Source of the DNA: Pirellulales bacterium
GTDB lineage: Bacteria; Planctomycetota; Planctomycetia; Pirellulales; UBA1268
Direction: 5' to 3'
Assembly: GCA_040260935.1 (NCBI GenBank)
Contig: JBDQOY010000146.1
Span: 1 to 54,962 of the forward strand
Length of the DNA stretch: 54,962 nucleotides
Shown here: in pieces, positions 36,193 through 46,715 of the stretch
How positions within the stretch are numbered: position 1 is the first letter of the stretch
Layout of the letters: every line of letters starts with the position of its first letter
The notes under the pieces: generated by a model
Told to the model about the DNA's origin: nothing
The model's input: the letters and a program-made list of their open reading frames with translations, nothing else
The model's database searches: none
Position numbers and translations under genes: made by a program

Positions 36193-37532
36193 GTCGAAGC
36201 CTCCACCAGTTCGGAACGCTGCTCGTCTGCGGCCGCCTGACGTTCAATGTCGCGTTCACTATCAAACGGGCCGGCACCACGGATCGGGCGATTGTCGGTG
36301 CCGGACGGGGTGAGCACGCCGGCGGCAATCCAGCCGCCGAAAAAGATGAGCCATGGCAGGCCGAGTGAAAGTCCGGTTGTCAGGCCGGCCCCCACGCTGG
36401 CCTCAAGCCGGGGGCGGAACTCTTCGATGGTCGCCACCACAACCAGATTGAGCAGGCCGAGGGGCAGCATCACCTTCCAGGCGAGATTCATCAGTTGGTC
36501 AAACCGAAAGCGGGGCCAACTCCACCGGACCACCATGAAGAAGAGAATGACCGCGAAGATCTTGGCGGACAGAATGCCGAATCGCAGCAGGGCGCCGATC
36601 CAGGTCACCTCCTGGGAACTGCCGGTGACACCCCAGAGATGCCAGCCTCCGAGGAACAGGATCACGATCAAAAAGGCAGCGGTGACCATGTGGAGGAACT
36701 CGGAAACCAGAAACAGCAGCAGTTTGATGCCAGCGTACTCAGTGTGATAGCCACCGACGAGTTCCTGCTCTGCCTCCGGCAGGTCAAACGGCAGCCGTGC
36801 TGCCTCTGCAAAGCTGGCGATCAGAAAGACGACGAAGCCGAGCGGCTGAGCGAAGGCGTACCAGATGCCAGACTCAGCCTGCTGATTCATGATCACATCA
36901 AGCTGCAGCGAACCGGCAGAGAGGACGACGCCGAGGAGGCCGAGGCCGAGAGGAATTTCGTAGGCCACCAGTTGAGCGCTGCTTCGCAGACCCCCGAGGA
37001 AGCCATACTTGTTGTTGCTGGCCCAGCCACCCAGCAGCACACCATAGACTGCGATGCTGGAGAGGGCGAAGACCCAGAGTACACCGACATCGAGGCCCGG
37101 AGCGACGAGAAAGGGCACTGGGTCGGGCAGGCCGGGGATGTCGAGTGGCGGCAGGACGCTGCCGAAGGGAATGGCGGCAAAGATCGCCAGCGAGGCGGTC
37201 AGCAGCACCAGCGGGGCGACGTTGTAGAGCACCTTGTCGACATGGCTCGGCGTGAAGTCTTCTTTCAGAATGATCTTCAGCCCATCCGCCAGAGGCTGTC
37301 CGAGTCCGAACAGTCGAATCTTTGTCAGTGGGATGCCGACGCGGTTGGGCCCGCGGCGGTCCTGCACCCAGGCAGCGATCCACCGCTCGACCAGCACCAA
37401 ATAGGCAGCGGCCGTCATCAGGCCACCGACCAGCAGGCCGATCTTGACCAGGGCGGCAATCGTTTCGATTGGGGGGAGGAGTCCTGTCATCAGTCTTTCG
37501 AGGGAAAGGGAACCGAAATGGCTCAGCGGCAC
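36189..37532 (-). CDS. nuoH: NADH-quinone oxidoreductase subunit H
   Basis: It has ERWIAAWVQDRRGPNRVG and PFDLPEAEQELVGGYHTEYAG. The start is either the GTG at 37532 or the ATG at 37490. Confidence 0.9.
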   Translation of the reverse strand: MPLSHFGSLSLERLMTGLLPPIETIAALVKIGLLVGGLMTAAAYLVLVERWIAAWVQDRRGPNRVGIPLTKIRLFGLGQPLADGLKIILKEDFTPSHVDKVLYNVAPLVLLTASLAIFAAIPFGSVLPPLDIPGLPDPVPFLVAPGLDVGVLWVFALSSIAVYGVLLGGWASNNKYGFLGGLRSSAQLVAYEIPLGLGLLGVVLSAGSLQLDVIMNQQAESGIWYAFAQPLGFVVFLIASFAEAARLPFDLPEAEQELVGGYHTEYAGIKLLLFLVSEFLHMVTAAFLIVILFLGGWHLWGVTGSSQEVTWIGALLRFGILSAKIFAVILFFMVVRWSWPRFRFDQLMNLAWKVMLPLGLLNLVVVATIEEFRPRLEASVGAGLTTGLSLGLPWLIFFGGWIAAGVLTPSGTDNRPIRGAGPFDSERDIERQAAADEQRSELVEAST

Positions 37533-37537
37533 CCGCC

Positions 37538-39172
37538 TCAGGGTGCCGCGACCTGGTGGAGGCGGAGATCGACGCCGGTGGCTGGCAGGTCACCCGCGAG
37601 GGCGGCCAGCTCGGCAGAACTTTCCGCAATCTTCTGGCGGACGCCGGTCGGATCGTACAAGCCGTTGCGGCCCAGCATGTTCCAATAGAGCCGGCCCTCC
37701 GGCCAGACGCCTGCCGGTGGTCGGATCGCCTGCTCAAAGCATTGTGCCCGCTGTCCACAATTGACCCAGGTGCCGGAACGCTCGGCGAAGCCGGCCGCCG
37801 GCAATCGCCAGGTGGCTCGGGCCGCCAGGGGCGAGTCGAACAGGTCCTGCACGATGAGGCAGTCAAGGCCTTCAAAGGCAGCAGCGGTTTGCTCGTCACA
37901 CCACGAGGTCGTCGGTGTGGGGTGGCCTGCGGTGACCCAGGCCGCCTTTGAATCACCGGCCTGCACCCGGTCGAGCAGTTCGTTCCAGCCAGGGATCACG
38001 CCGTCGGTTGCCGCGCCGAACATCCCCAAGACCGCCTCGACACCCCGGCGATTCGGAGCTTTTTCCGAACGAATGGTAAAGCCCCCCGGGAACGACTCAT
38101 CCGCTCCCTCCGTCGGCAGATAGCCGAGGGCCAGAAAGGCCTCCGGATCGATTGAGCGGGCAACCGCACAGAGCATCCAGGCCTCTTCCACAGTGAGTTG
38201 TGGGGAGACTGCCACCGCCAGACTGCCGGCAGCCTTCAGGTCGTCTCGCAGCCCGGTGACCACATCGGCCCACTCGATCTCGGTAAAGCCGTCACTTCCC
38301 CGATGGCCGGGAGACACCAGCCGGGAGGGATCGTGCAGGTGGTGCCAGCCATAGCGGCCGTCATCACAGATCCACCACTTGTTGACGTGGGGGTTTTCGC
38401 GGGGCTTGAGTCGATAGACCGTGTCCTGGTTGTGTTCGGTCACCAGGGAACAGCCGGCCGAGCAACCACCACAGACATTCTCGGACTTCTTCAGGAACCA
38501 GACCCGCTGCTGGTAGAGGAAGTCTTTGTCGCCCAAAGCGCCAACGGGACAGAGGTCAACGACGTTGCCTGCCAGTTTGTTTTCCAGCGGGAACCCGGGG
38601 AAGGTGTCGATCTCTTCCTTGGCACCGCGGGCCGAGACCATCAGTTCTGAGGTGCCGGAGACTTCGCGGGTGAACCGCACGCAGCGGGTGCACATGATGC
38701 AGCGATCGACAAAGAGCGTGACGGTCGGGCCCACATCGCGGCGGCGGCTGTGGAACGGTTGAATGTCGGCCCGACGTTCCGACTGGCCGTGCTCAAAGTG
38801 ATAGTCCTGAAGAAGGCATTCCCCAGCCTTGTCACAGATTGGGCAGTCGATCGGGTGGTCGATCAACAGTGCTTCCTCGACCCGGGCTCGGCTCTCTTTG
38901 ACCGCGTCGCTGTTGGTGACGATGACGGTGCCGTCTTTGACTGGCGTCTGACAGCCAGGCACCAGTTTTGGAATCATCGAAACCGCCCCGGTCTCCGGGT
39001 CGCGGCTGCCTGCCTGAATCAGACACATTCGGCAACTGGCCACCACCGACAGGCCGGGGTGCCAGCAGTAGTGTGGAATTTCGGCACCAGCCCGCCGGGC
39101 GGCCTCGATGCAGTTGAGCCGTTCGTCAGCTCCGATCTCAATTTCCTGTCCGTCAACGATGACAGTGGGCAT
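37538..39172 (-). CDS. nuoG: NADH-quinone oxidoreductase subunit G (short, 544 aa)
   Basis: It has an N-terminal 2Fe-2S ferredoxin fold (IPHYCWHPGLSVVASCRMCLIQAG), an H/C-ligated cluster region (IDHPIDCPICDKAGECLLQD) and CIMCTRCVRF. Confidence 0.9.
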   Translation of the reverse strand: MPTVIVDGQEIEIGADERLNCIEAARRAGAEIPHYCWHPGLSVVASCRMCLIQAGSRDPETGAVSMIPKLVPGCQTPVKDGTVIVTNSDAVKESRARVEEALLIDHPIDCPICDKAGECLLQDYHFEHGQSERRADIQPFHSRRRDVGPTVTLFVDRCIMCTRCVRFTREVSGTSELMVSARGAKEEIDTFPGFPLENKLAGNVVDLCPVGALGDKDFLYQQRVWFLKKSENVCGGCSAGCSLVTEHNQDTVYRLKPRENPHVNKWWICDDGRYGWHHLHDPSRLVSPGHRGSDGFTEIEWADVVTGLRDDLKAAGSLAVAVSPQLTVEEAWMLCAVARSIDPEAFLALGYLPTEGADESFPGGFTIRSEKAPNRRGVEAVLGMFGAATDGVIPGWNELLDRVQAGDSKAAWVTAGHPTPTTSWCDEQTAAAFEGLDCLIVQDLFDSPLAARATWRLPAAGFAERSGTWVNCGQRAQCFEQAIRPPAGVWPEGRLYWNMLGRNGLYDPTGVRQKIAESSAELAALAGDLPATGVDLRLHQVAAP

Positions 39173-39205
39173 GGGCGGGAGGTCTACACGCGGAAAAGGG
39201 AATGG

Positions 39206-40570
39206 TTAGTGAGCGGTGACGATCGGCAGGGCGGGAACCGGATCGGTCTCCATGTAGCCGGTCGGATTGGACTCTTTGATGTACTGCTCAAATTCATCGC
39301 GGAACTTCGCGATGGCGTTCTTGATTGGCCAGGCGGCTCCATCAGCCAGACCACAGATCGTGGAGCCCGGCATCATGCCCATCGTGTTGCCAATTTCGGC
39401 CAGCAGATCGAGGTCCTTGAGACGGCCCTTGCCGGCACGGATTCGTTCGAGCATTCGCAGCGACCAGCTGGTGCCTTCGCGGCAGGGGGTGCACTGGCCG
39501 CATGACTCGTGGGCGAAGAACCGGCAGGAATTGTGGAGGAAGTCAACAATGCTGACCGTCTCATCGACGACGACCACGGCAGCCGTTCCGAGACCGAGGC
39601 AGCCGACTTTGCCCGGGCCGGCAAAATCGAGGGGCGTGTCGAGTTCGTCCTCTGTCATCAGTCCCATCGAGATGCCGCCGGGAATCACTGCCTTGGCCCG
39701 CCGACCCTTCCAGACGCCACCACCAAACCGGTCGATCAGGTCGCGAGCGGTGATGCCCAGCGGTGCCTCGTAGCAGCCGGGCTTTTCGACGTGCCCTGAC
39801 AGACAGTAGAGCTTGGGTCCGTAGCTGCCCGGATCGCGGGGGTTGTTCGGATCAGCGGGAATGCCGACCGACCGGAACCAGTCGACGCCTCGGCGGGCGA
39901 TCTGGGCGACGCAGGCCAGGGTCTCAATGTTGTTGACCACGGTCGGCTTGCGGAATGCGCCCTCAATGGCAGGAAAGGGTGGCTTAATCCGAGGCCAGGC
40001 CCGTTTGCCCTCAAGGCTTTCGATCAGCCCGGTCTCCTCACCACAGATGTACGCTGCCGCCCCGCGGTGAAGGTAGATGTCGAGTGAGAAGCCACTGCCC
40101 TTGATGTTCTTGCCGAGGTAGCCGGCCGCGTAGGCCTCATCGATGGCTGTCTGGAGCGAATTCCAGCTTTGTGGGTATTCGTATCGCAGGTAGATGTAGG
40201 CCGTGCTGGCGCGGGTGGCATAGGCCGAGATGATCGTGCCTTCCAGAATCTGATGGGGGTCGTCCTCCATCAAAATTCGGTTGTTGAACGTTCCCGGTTC
40301 ACTTTCGTCAGCATTGACGCAGAGATAGATCGGGCCGGGATGATCCTTTGGCAGGAACGTCCATTTGACGCCGGTCATGAAGCCGGCCCCGCCGCGGCCC
40401 CGGAGGCCGGATGACTTGACCATCTCAACCACGTCCGCTGGTTGCTTTTCGGCAAGCAGTTTTTCCAATGGGGCATAGCCGCCCCGACTGCGATAGCTGT
40501 CGATCGAGTGGCCGTTCTCAACGCCAACCGCCTCAAGCAGAACGGGCTGGAAGCTGCCAGTTTCGGTCAT
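39206..40570 (-). CDS. nuoF: NADH-quinone oxidoreductase subunit F (NADH/FMN-binding)
   Basis: It has GLRGRGGAGF, YLCVNADESEPGTF, GAAAYICGEETGLIESLEG and ESCGQCTPCREG. Confidence 0.95.
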   Translation of the reverse strand: MTETGSFQPVLLEAVGVENGHSIDSYRSRGGYAPLEKLLAEKQPADVVEMVKSSGLRGRGGAGFMTGVKWTFLPKDHPGPIYLCVNADESEPGTFNNRILMEDDPHQILEGTIISAYATRASTAYIYLRYEYPQSWNSLQTAIDEAYAAGYLGKNIKGSGFSLDIYLHRGAAAYICGEETGLIESLEGKRAWPRIKPPFPAIEGAFRKPTVVNNIETLACVAQIARRGVDWFRSVGIPADPNNPRDPGSYGPKLYCLSGHVEKPGCYEAPLGITARDLIDRFGGGVWKGRRAKAVIPGGISMGLMTEDELDTPLDFAGPGKVGCLGLGTAAVVVVDETVSIVDFLHNSCRFFAHESCGQCTPCREGTSWSLRMLERIRAGKGRLKDLDLLAEIGNTMGMMPGSTICGLADGAAWPIKNAIAKFRDEFEQYIKESNPTGYMETDPVPALPIVTAH

Positions 40571-41064
40571 GAGTTCCTCCCGCGAACGGAATCGAGAAAC
40601 GCCTCGGCCTTCTCTGGGGTCAGGTCTTTGTGCAGGTCGTCACCGGCGAGCATGCAGGGGGCGAAGTCGCAGGCGCCGAGGCATTCGGCTGGCTCGACGG
40701 TCAGGGACCCATCGCCGGTGGTTTCCCCCGGCTTGATGCCCGCCTTCTCGCAGAGATGGTCAAGCACTTGCTCGCCGCCCCGCAGGGCGCACGAGATCGA
40801 CCGGCAGACGAATGCCCGAACCTGGCCGTGCGGCTTCTCCTGATGAAAGAACTGATAGAAGGTGAGGGTGTCCTGCACCTCGGCTGGGGCCAGGTCGAGC
40901 AGGCGGGCGATCTCCACGACAGCGTCGAGTGGCACATGCCGAAGTTCATCGTGGACGATGTGCAACGCCGGCAGGGTAAGGGCCTGCTTGGTTGGATAGC
41001 GGGGCGCGAGCGCCTCGATCCGGGCAACCATGTCGTCGGTGAGGACTTTGCGATTCGCGATCAT
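40567..41064 (-). CDS. nuoE: NADH-quinone oxidoreductase subunit E (2Fe-2S)
   Basis: It has FVCRSISCALRG...ECLGACDFAPCM and 4-nt overlaps with both nuoD and nuoF. Confidence 0.9.
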   Translation of the reverse strand: MIANRKVLTDDMVARIEALAPRYPTKQALTLPALHIVHDELRHVPLDAVVEIARLLDLAPAEVQDTLTFYQFFHQEKPHGQVRAFVCRSISCALRGGEQVLDHLCEKAGIKPGETTGDGSLTVEPAECLGACDFAPCMLAGDDLHKDLTPEKAEAFLDSVRGRNS

Positions 41065-42284
41065 CGGTCGAGCTCCGCGGCGATGATGTTAAGACTGCCG
41101 TGCTCTGACACGACGTCCGAGAGCGTGGGGACTCTAATTAGATGCGGGAACATGGCAAAGTTCTGCACCGAAGGCGGACGGCAGCGGGCTCGGTAGGCCC
41201 GGTCGTCTCCGTCACCGACGAGATAGAAGCCGAGTTCACCATTGGGGGCCTCGATGGCGGCATAGGTCTCTTCGCAGGGCACTTCGAAGCCACGATTGCT
41301 CATCGCCAATTCAAAGTGCGAGATCGTGCCTTCAATTGTCGAATAGACCTGCTGTTTTATCGGCAGGCTTGTTCGCTGGTCGATGCCCACATTGACTGGA
41401 CCCTCGGGCAGGTTTTCCAGCGCCTGCTCGACGATCTTCAGGCTTTCCCGCATCTCCTGCATCCGCACGAGGTAGCGGGCGTAGCAGTCGCCGGCGGAGG
41501 CACAGCAGACCTGGAAGTCGAGGTCGGCATAGGCGAGGTACGGCTCATCGCGACGCAGGTCGCGGGTGACACCGCTGGCGCGGGCGACCGGGCCGGTCGC
41601 ACCACGGTTGATGGCCTCTTCTTTGGTGAGCAGCCCCACGCCCTTGGTGCGGTCAACGAAGATACGGTTGCGGTTGAGCAGCCGCTCCATATCAAGGAGC
41701 GTTTTGGGGAAAGTCTTGAGAAAACTGCGGATCTTCTCGATCACCAGCGGGGTGAAGTCCTGTGAGACGCCACCGACCCGGGTGTAACTGTTGGTGAAAC
41801 GGGCTCCGCACAGCGTCTCGAAGATGTCGTAGATCACTTCCCGCTGATAGAAGCCGTAGAGAAAGAAGGTGAACGCTCCCGTGTCGAGGCCGACGGCACC
41901 GTTGCAGAGCAGGTGGTCGCTGATCCGGGCCAGTTCGGCAATGATGGTGCGGATGTAGGTTCCGCGGGGCGTCAGTTCAATTCCCAGCAGTGTTTCAACC
42001 GCATGATGCCAGGCCACGTTGTTGGCCATTGGCGAGATGTAGTTCATCCGGTCGGTGACCGTCACGTACTGGTTGAAGGTGAGGTGCTCACCAATTTTTT
42101 CAAAACCAGAGTGGAGGTAGCCCATCTCGGGCTCGGCATCGACCACCCGTTCCCCTTCAAGCTTCAGGACAAGCCGCAGGGTTGTGTGAGTGGCCGGGTG
42201 CTGGGGGCCGAAATTGAGCGTCCAGAGATAGTCCTCGCTCCGTGTCTCCGGGCGAGTCTCGTGTTCGGCAGGGGCGATGGACAT
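41061..42284 (-). CDS. nuoD: NADH-quinone oxidoreductase subunit D
   Basis: It has LNFGPQHPATHTTLRLVLKLEGE and a C-terminus ending NIIAAELDR. The ATG at 42284 was preferred over 42359, which would overlap nuoC by 44 nt. Confidence 0.92.
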   Translation of the reverse strand: MSIAPAEHETRPETRSEDYLWTLNFGPQHPATHTTLRLVLKLEGERVVDAEPEMGYLHSGFEKIGEHLTFNQYVTVTDRMNYISPMANNVAWHHAVETLLGIELTPRGTYIRTIIAELARISDHLLCNGAVGLDTGAFTFFLYGFYQREVIYDIFETLCGARFTNSYTRVGGVSQDFTPLVIEKIRSFLKTFPKTLLDMERLLNRNRIFVDRTKGVGLLTKEEAINRGATGPVARASGVTRDLRRDEPYLAYADLDFQVCCASAGDCYARYLVRMQEMRESLKIVEQALENLPEGPVNVGIDQRTSLPIKQQVYSTIEGTISHFELAMSNRGFEVPCEETYAAIEAPNGELGFYLVGDGDDRAYRARCRPPSVQNFAMFPHLIRVPTLSDVVSEHGSLNIIAAELDR

Positions 42285-42315
42285 CGTGAAACCGGGTTGG
42301 CAGGGGGCGTGAGGA

Positions 42316-42843
42316 TCAGCTGTGGTCGCGGGTGATGACCGGGAAGTTGTGGCGTTCACCGCGACCCTGAAGGGGATAGTCTTTGCGAAGGGGATGGGCG
42401 GTAAAGGCTTCAGGCATGACCAGCCGCCGCAGATCAGGGTGGCCGGTAAAGCGAATGCCGAACATATCCCACACTTCCCGCTCTAACCAATTGGCTGCCT
42501 TCCAGAGCGGCACAACACTGGCGACCGTGGGTTCAGGATCGTCAACGAAAGCCCGCACGGTCAGCCGCTCGTTCGTGGCGGTGCTGGCGAGCAGGTAGAT
42601 CAGACCGTAGCGATGCGCGGCCCCGCGGTACTCGAGGTAGTCAACGCAGCTGACATCAACCAGCAGGTCAAAGCCACGGTCTTTCAGCAGGGCGAGCGTC
42701 TCAAGCAACTTTTCTGCTGGGACGACCACCCGCTGCTGACCGCGATAGACCGAGTGCTCAAGCGGTCCGCAGGCCTGCTCAACCGCCGCCACGTGCGGGC
42801 TGATTGGCAGGGTGTCGGTCGAAGTGTCAGAAGCGTTTGTCAT
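42316..42843 (-). CDS. nuoC: NADH-quinone oxidoreductase subunit C
   Basis: It has WKAANWLEREVWDMFGIRFTGHPDLRRL and PLRKDYPLQG. Confidence 0.92.
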   Translation of the reverse strand: MTNASDTSTDTLPISPHVAAVEQACGPLEHSVYRGQQRVVVPAEKLLETLALLKDRGFDLLVDVSCVDYLEYRGAAHRYGLIYLLASTATNERLTVRAFVDDPEPTVASVVPLWKAANWLEREVWDMFGIRFTGHPDLRRLVMPEAFTAHPLRKDYPLQGRGERHNFPVITRDHS

Positions 42844-42882
42844 GGTGGTCGCTGAGGGGGGGGCACCTGGCGGGTGAAGGGG

Positions 42883-43521
42883 CTAGTCCTGCGGGCGGGC
42901 CGCCCCGGCCAACTCACGCTGGATATTCGGGTTGCGAGCCGCATCAATGGAGAGCGGCAGGGGAAGTTCGACCAACGCCCGCTTCCGCAGCTGTCGCTGC
43001 TGGGTATTGAATTCCCGACCAGTGATGGTGCCTTCCCGCTGAATCTTGTCCTGGAGATCGATAATGGCCTGGATCAGTTGCTCTGGACGGGGCGGACAGC
43101 CGGGCACGTACATGTCGACGGGAATAAACCGGTCGATTCCCTGGACAACCGCGTAGGTGTCGAACACCCCCCCCGTGCTGGCACAGGCGCCCATCGAAAT
43201 GCACCATTTCGGCTCATGCATCTGCTGCCAAATCCGCTGAAGGACCGGCAGCATTTTCATTACCACCCGGCCGGCGACGATCATCAGGTCACACTGCCGG
43301 GGGCTGAAGCGGAAAACCTCGGCACCGAAGCGGGCAAGGTCGTGCTTGGCCGCACCGGTGGCCATCAGTTCGATGCCACAGCAGGCGGTTGCAAAAGGCA
43401 TTGGCCAGAGGCTGTTCTTGCGACACCAGTTGGCCAATTCATCGAGCCGACTGACCACGACATTTTCAGGCAGTTCTAGGTCAGGGGCCCCCGGCTGCGC
43501 CACAGGCTGTGTCAACGCCAT
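42883..43521 (-). CDS. nuoB: NADH-quinone oxidoreductase subunit B
   Basis: It has [26 protein letters not shown] and [15 protein letters not shown]. Confidence 0.95.
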   Translation of the reverse strand: MALTQPVAQPGAPDLELPENVVVSRLDELANWCRKNSLWPMPFATACCGIELMATGAAKHDLARFGAEVFRFSPRQCDLMIVAGRVVMKMLPVLQRIWQQMHEPKWCISMGACASTGGVFDTYAVVQGIDRFIPVDMYVPGCPPRPEQLIQAIIDLQDKIQREGTITGREFNTQQRQLRKRALVELPLPLSIDAARNPNIQRELAGAARPQD

Positions 43522-43907
43522 CGAAACACTCCCTTCCGCCAGTCATAGGCAAATCCGACAACTACCAGCAGGATGAACGCCAGCCCACCGAAGTAGGCAA
43601 GCTCACGGCTCGCAATCAGCCCGTCAGCCACGGCAGCGTCGATGCCGGCTGCCGACCGGCTGGCGACGGCCCACGGGTAAAGAAAGAGGAGTTCCACATC
43701 GAACACCAAAAACGTGATGGCCACCAGATGGAAGCGGACATCAAACCGGCGGCGCGTGTCGTGAATCGGGTCCATGCCACTTTCGTAGGGCATTTCCTTG
43801 ACGGCACCCCGCCGTCGTGGGGCAACGACGAGCGGCAGAATGATCAGGCTGACTGAAACCATCGCCGCGATGGCAACAAACAGCAGAACCGGAAGGATGG
43901 CGTCCAT
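43512..43907 (-). CDS. nuoA: NADH-quinone oxidoreductase subunit A
   Basis: It has YESGMDP...[28 protein letters not shown] and is the first gene of the operon. Confidence 0.92.
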   Translation of the reverse strand: MDAILPVLLFVAIAAMVSVSLIILPLVVAPRRRGAVKEMPYESGMDPIHDTRRRFDVRFHLVAITFLVFDVELLFLYPWAVASRSAAGIDAAVADGLIASRELAYFGGLAFILLVVVGFAYDWRKGVFRWR

Positions 43908-44013
43908 GAGCGAGGTGGGAGGCGACGTGGAGAGGGTGGGGCAGGACCGAACGAAAAACGTGCAAAACAGCGGCGTAAATCGACTTCGTGAAAATCGTCA
44001 CAAAGTTGGTTCG

Positions 44014-44038
44014 AAAAAAAGCGGTGCTGGGCACCGCC
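44014..44038 (-). terminator. Intrinsic-terminator-like hairpin + U7, read on the minus strand, in the nuoA leader / divergent intergenic region
   Basis: The plus strand reads aaaaaaa-gcggtgc-tgg-gcaccgc. On the minus strand this is a 7-bp GC stem with a 3-nt loop followed by seven U. It lies about 110 nt upstream of the nuoA ATG, with no minus-strand gene upstream of it. Confidence 0.45.
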
Positions 44039-44138
44039 ATTCCAGTGGCTAGTTATACCGTCTGGAAGGCGAGCCGACGAGGACGTTGTTTCCCGTTTTT
44101 TTCCGCCCGCGAGCTTGCTACCTGCTACCGTGACGGCT

Positions 44139-45353
44139 ATGGCCGATCCGACCGCAATTCTTGCCGATCTGGTGCGGCGTCCCAGCGTCAACCCGATGGG
44201 CCGCAGCCTCTCCGGCCCCGAGTATCTCGAGGGTCGTGTCACCGATTACCTCCTCCGCAGGCTGGCTGCGGCGGGGATTACGGCGGTTCGGCAGCCAGTG
44301 GCGCCGGGCCGGGACAACGTGATCGCCCGGCTGCCGGCCACCCGCCCTGCTGCCCCCGTCATGCTCTGGGATGTCCACCAGGACACCGTTCCTGTTGATG
44401 GCATGACGATTGAACCATTCACTCCGCTGATCCGTGATGGTCGGCTGTGGGGGCGAGGGTCCTGCGATGTGAAGGGGGGCATGGCTGCGATGGTGGCAGC
44501 CCTCGAGCGGCTGCAGGTCGCCGCTGACCGGCAGATGACGGTGCTCTTCGTCGCCAGTGTGAATGAAGAGTTTGGCTTTTCTGGCGCACTGGCTTTTGCG
44601 CGACTGCTTCGTGGCGAACTAACAGCAGAAGACCAGGCTGTCTGTGAGCTGCTTGGGGCAGACCTGGCCGCAGGTGGACCGACGCTGGCGGTCGTGGCCG
44701 AGCCGACTAGCCTCGATCTGGTGACGCAGCACAAGGGCGCCGTCCGCTGGCGGGTGATCGCCGGGGGCCGCGCCTGCCACAGTTCGCATCCGGAAGAGGG
44801 AAAGAACGCGATCTATCCTGCTGCCCGTGCGGCCTTGGCAGTGGAAGCGTTGGCAGCCGAATTGCTGACACGCCACCCGGAGCATCCGTGTGGTCCGCCG
44901 ACCCTGAGTATTGGCACGGTCCATGGCGGCACCGGGGTCAATCTGGTGCCAGACCGGGTCGTGCTGGAACTGGATCGACGGCTGGTGCCGGGTGAAGATC
45001 CAGTGGCAGCCCGACAGGAAGTGATCGACCGGATTGCAGCAGCCAGTCCCGGAGAAGAACTCATCCATGAGCCCCCATTTCTGAAGAGTGGGGGGCTGGC
45101 GGGCGAGGGGGCGGCCGCTGCGGCCGCGGCTTCGCGGCTTGCCCATGCCGCGGCTGCTGTTGGCGTGACGGCTCGCCCGCAGGCAGCCCGCTACGGCACC
45201 AATGCCTGCGTCTACGCGGCAACCGGAATGCCGTGCGTGGTCTTCGGTCCGGGCTCAATTGCACAGGCGCACACCGTGGATGAATGGATTGATCTTCAGC
45301 AGCTCGAACAGGCGACGTCCATTTTGGTGCAGCTGGTAACGGCTGCGGAGTGA
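44139..45353 (+). CDS. M20-family metallopeptidase/deacylase (ArgE/DapE/ACY1-like)
   Basis: It has LADLVRRPSVNP, MLWDVHQDTVPVDG, GRGSCDVKGGMAAM, SVNEEFGFSGA and GTNACVY...FGPGSIAQAHTVDEWI. Confidence 0.8.
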   Translation: MADPTAILADLVRRPSVNPMGRSLSGPEYLEGRVTDYLLRRLAAAGITAVRQPVAPGRDNVIARLPATRPAAPVMLWDVHQDTVPVDGMTIEPFTPLIRDGRLWGRGSCDVKGGMAAMVAALERLQVAADRQMTVLFVASVNEEFGFSGALAFARLLRGELTAEDQAVCELLGADLAAGGPTLAVVAEPTSLDLVTQHKGAVRWRVIAGGRACHSSHPEEGKNAIYPAARAALAVEALAAELLTRHPEHPCGPPTLSIGTVHGGTGVNLVPDRVVLELDRRLVPGEDPVAARQEVIDRIAAASPGEELIHEPPFLKSGGLAGEGAAAAAAASRLAHAAAAVGVTARPQAARYGTNACVYAATGMPCVVFGPGSIAQAHTVDEWIDLQQLEQATSILVQLVTAAE

Positions 45354-45442
45354 TTCGCTTCGGACGCTTGCGGAAGGCCGGCGGAACGACCTATTCTCTG
45401 GCAACGCGTTTCGTATTTCCCCAGTGAAGGAGATGGTTTCCG

Positions 45443-46663
45443 ATGGCAGCGAAGATCAAGGTAGGCGGCCCGGTCGTCGAACTCGACGGTGATGAAATGA
45501 CCCGGATCATCTGGGAATTCATCAAGCAGAAACTGATCCTGCCCTACCTGGACGTCGAACTTCGCTATTTCGATCTGTCGGTGCAGAGTCGGGACGCGAC
45601 CGACGACCAGATCACAGTCGATGCCGCCAATGCGATTAAAGACTGCGGCGTTGGCGTGAAATGTGCCACCATCACGCCGGATGAGGCGAGGGTGGAGGAG
45701 TTTGGCCTCAAGAAGATGTGGCGAAGCCCGAACGGCACGATCCGCAACATCCTCGGCGGTGTGATCTTTCGCGAGCCCATCATCATCGGAAACATTCCGC
45801 GGCTTGTGCCGGGCTGGACCAAGCCGATCGTGGTGGGCCGACATGCCTTTGGTGATCAGTACCGGGCAACAGACCTGAAGATTCCCGGCCCAGGAACGCT
45901 GACGCTGACGTATGCTCCGGCCGATGGTTCAGCTCCGATGGAGATGGAGATCTATGACTTCCCATCCAGTGGGGTCGCGTTGGCGATGTACAACCGCGAC
46001 GATTCCATTCGGGACTTCGCCCGGGCCAGTTTCCGGTACGGCTTGGCCCGCAATTACCCGGTCTACCTCTCCACCAAGAACACCATTCTCAAGGCGTACG
46101 ACGGCCGCTTCAAGGATCTCTTTCAGGAGGTCTTCGATGCCGAGTTCAAGGATGACTTTGCGGCCAAGGGCATTACTTATGAGCATCGGCTGATCGATGA
46201 CATGGTTGCCTGTGCGATGAAGTGGGAAGGGGGCTATGTCTGGGCCTGCAAGAACTATGACGGCGATGTGCAGAGTGACATCGTGGCCCAGGGCTTCGGC
46301 TCACTCGGCCTGATGACCAGCGTGCTGATGACCCCGGACGGCAAGACGGTGGAGGCGGAGGCGGCCCACGGTACCGTGACCCGGCACTATCGCCAGCATC
46401 AGCAGGGCAAGCCGACCAGCACCAACCCGATTGCCTCGATCTTTGCCTGGACGCGAGGGCTTGCCCATCGTGGCAAACTCGACAACACGCCAGCGGTGAT
46501 GCAGTTTGCCGAGACCCTTGAGCGGGTTTGTATCGAGACGGTCGAGCAGGGCAAGATGACGAAAGACCTGGCACTCTTGGTCGGTAAAGATCAGGCCTAC
46601 CTCAATACCCAAGAGTTTTTGGCGGCGATTGATCAAAACCTCCAGGCGGCGATGGCCGGCTGA
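45443..46663 (+). CDS. icd: NADP-dependent isocitrate dehydrogenase (eukaryote-like homodimeric subfamily II)
   Basis: It has [56 protein letters not shown] and NYDGDVQSD. An AAGGAG motif lies upstream. Confidence 0.95.
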   Translation: MAAKIKVGGPVVELDGDEMTRIIWEFIKQKLILPYLDVELRYFDLSVQSRDATDDQITVDAANAIKDCGVGVKCATITPDEARVEEFGLKKMWRSPNGTIRNILGGVIFREPIIIGNIPRLVPGWTKPIVVGRHAFGDQYRATDLKIPGPGTLTLTYAPADGSAPMEMEIYDFPSSGVALAMYNRDDSIRDFARASFRYGLARNYPVYLSTKNTILKAYDGRFKDLFQEVFDAEFKDDFAAKGITYEHRLIDDMVACAMKWEGGYVWACKNYDGDVQSDIVAQGFGSLGLMTSVLMTPDGKTVEAEAAHGTVTRHYRQHQQGKPTSTNPIASIFAWTRGLAHRGKLDNTPAVMQFAETLERVCIETVEQGKMTKDLALLVGKDQAYLNTQEFLAAIDQNLQAAMAG

Positions 46664-46715
46664 GTGAATGGCCGGCATGGTCTGCTGGTGATGTGTGGCG
46701 GAATTCTCTTGAAAG

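Noticed and set aside
36495-37956. Long ORFs 36495..37688 (+, 397 aa) and 36898..37956 (-, 352 aa) over nuoH/nuoG
   Set aside because: They are antisense or out-of-frame shadows of the nuoH and nuoG genes. Both real genes have unmistakable signatures.
44096-44102. T7 run on the plus strand upstream of the M20 peptidase gene, as a possible terminator
   Set aside because: No stable hairpin precedes it, and no plus-strand gene ends upstream. It is more likely just AT-rich promoter context.
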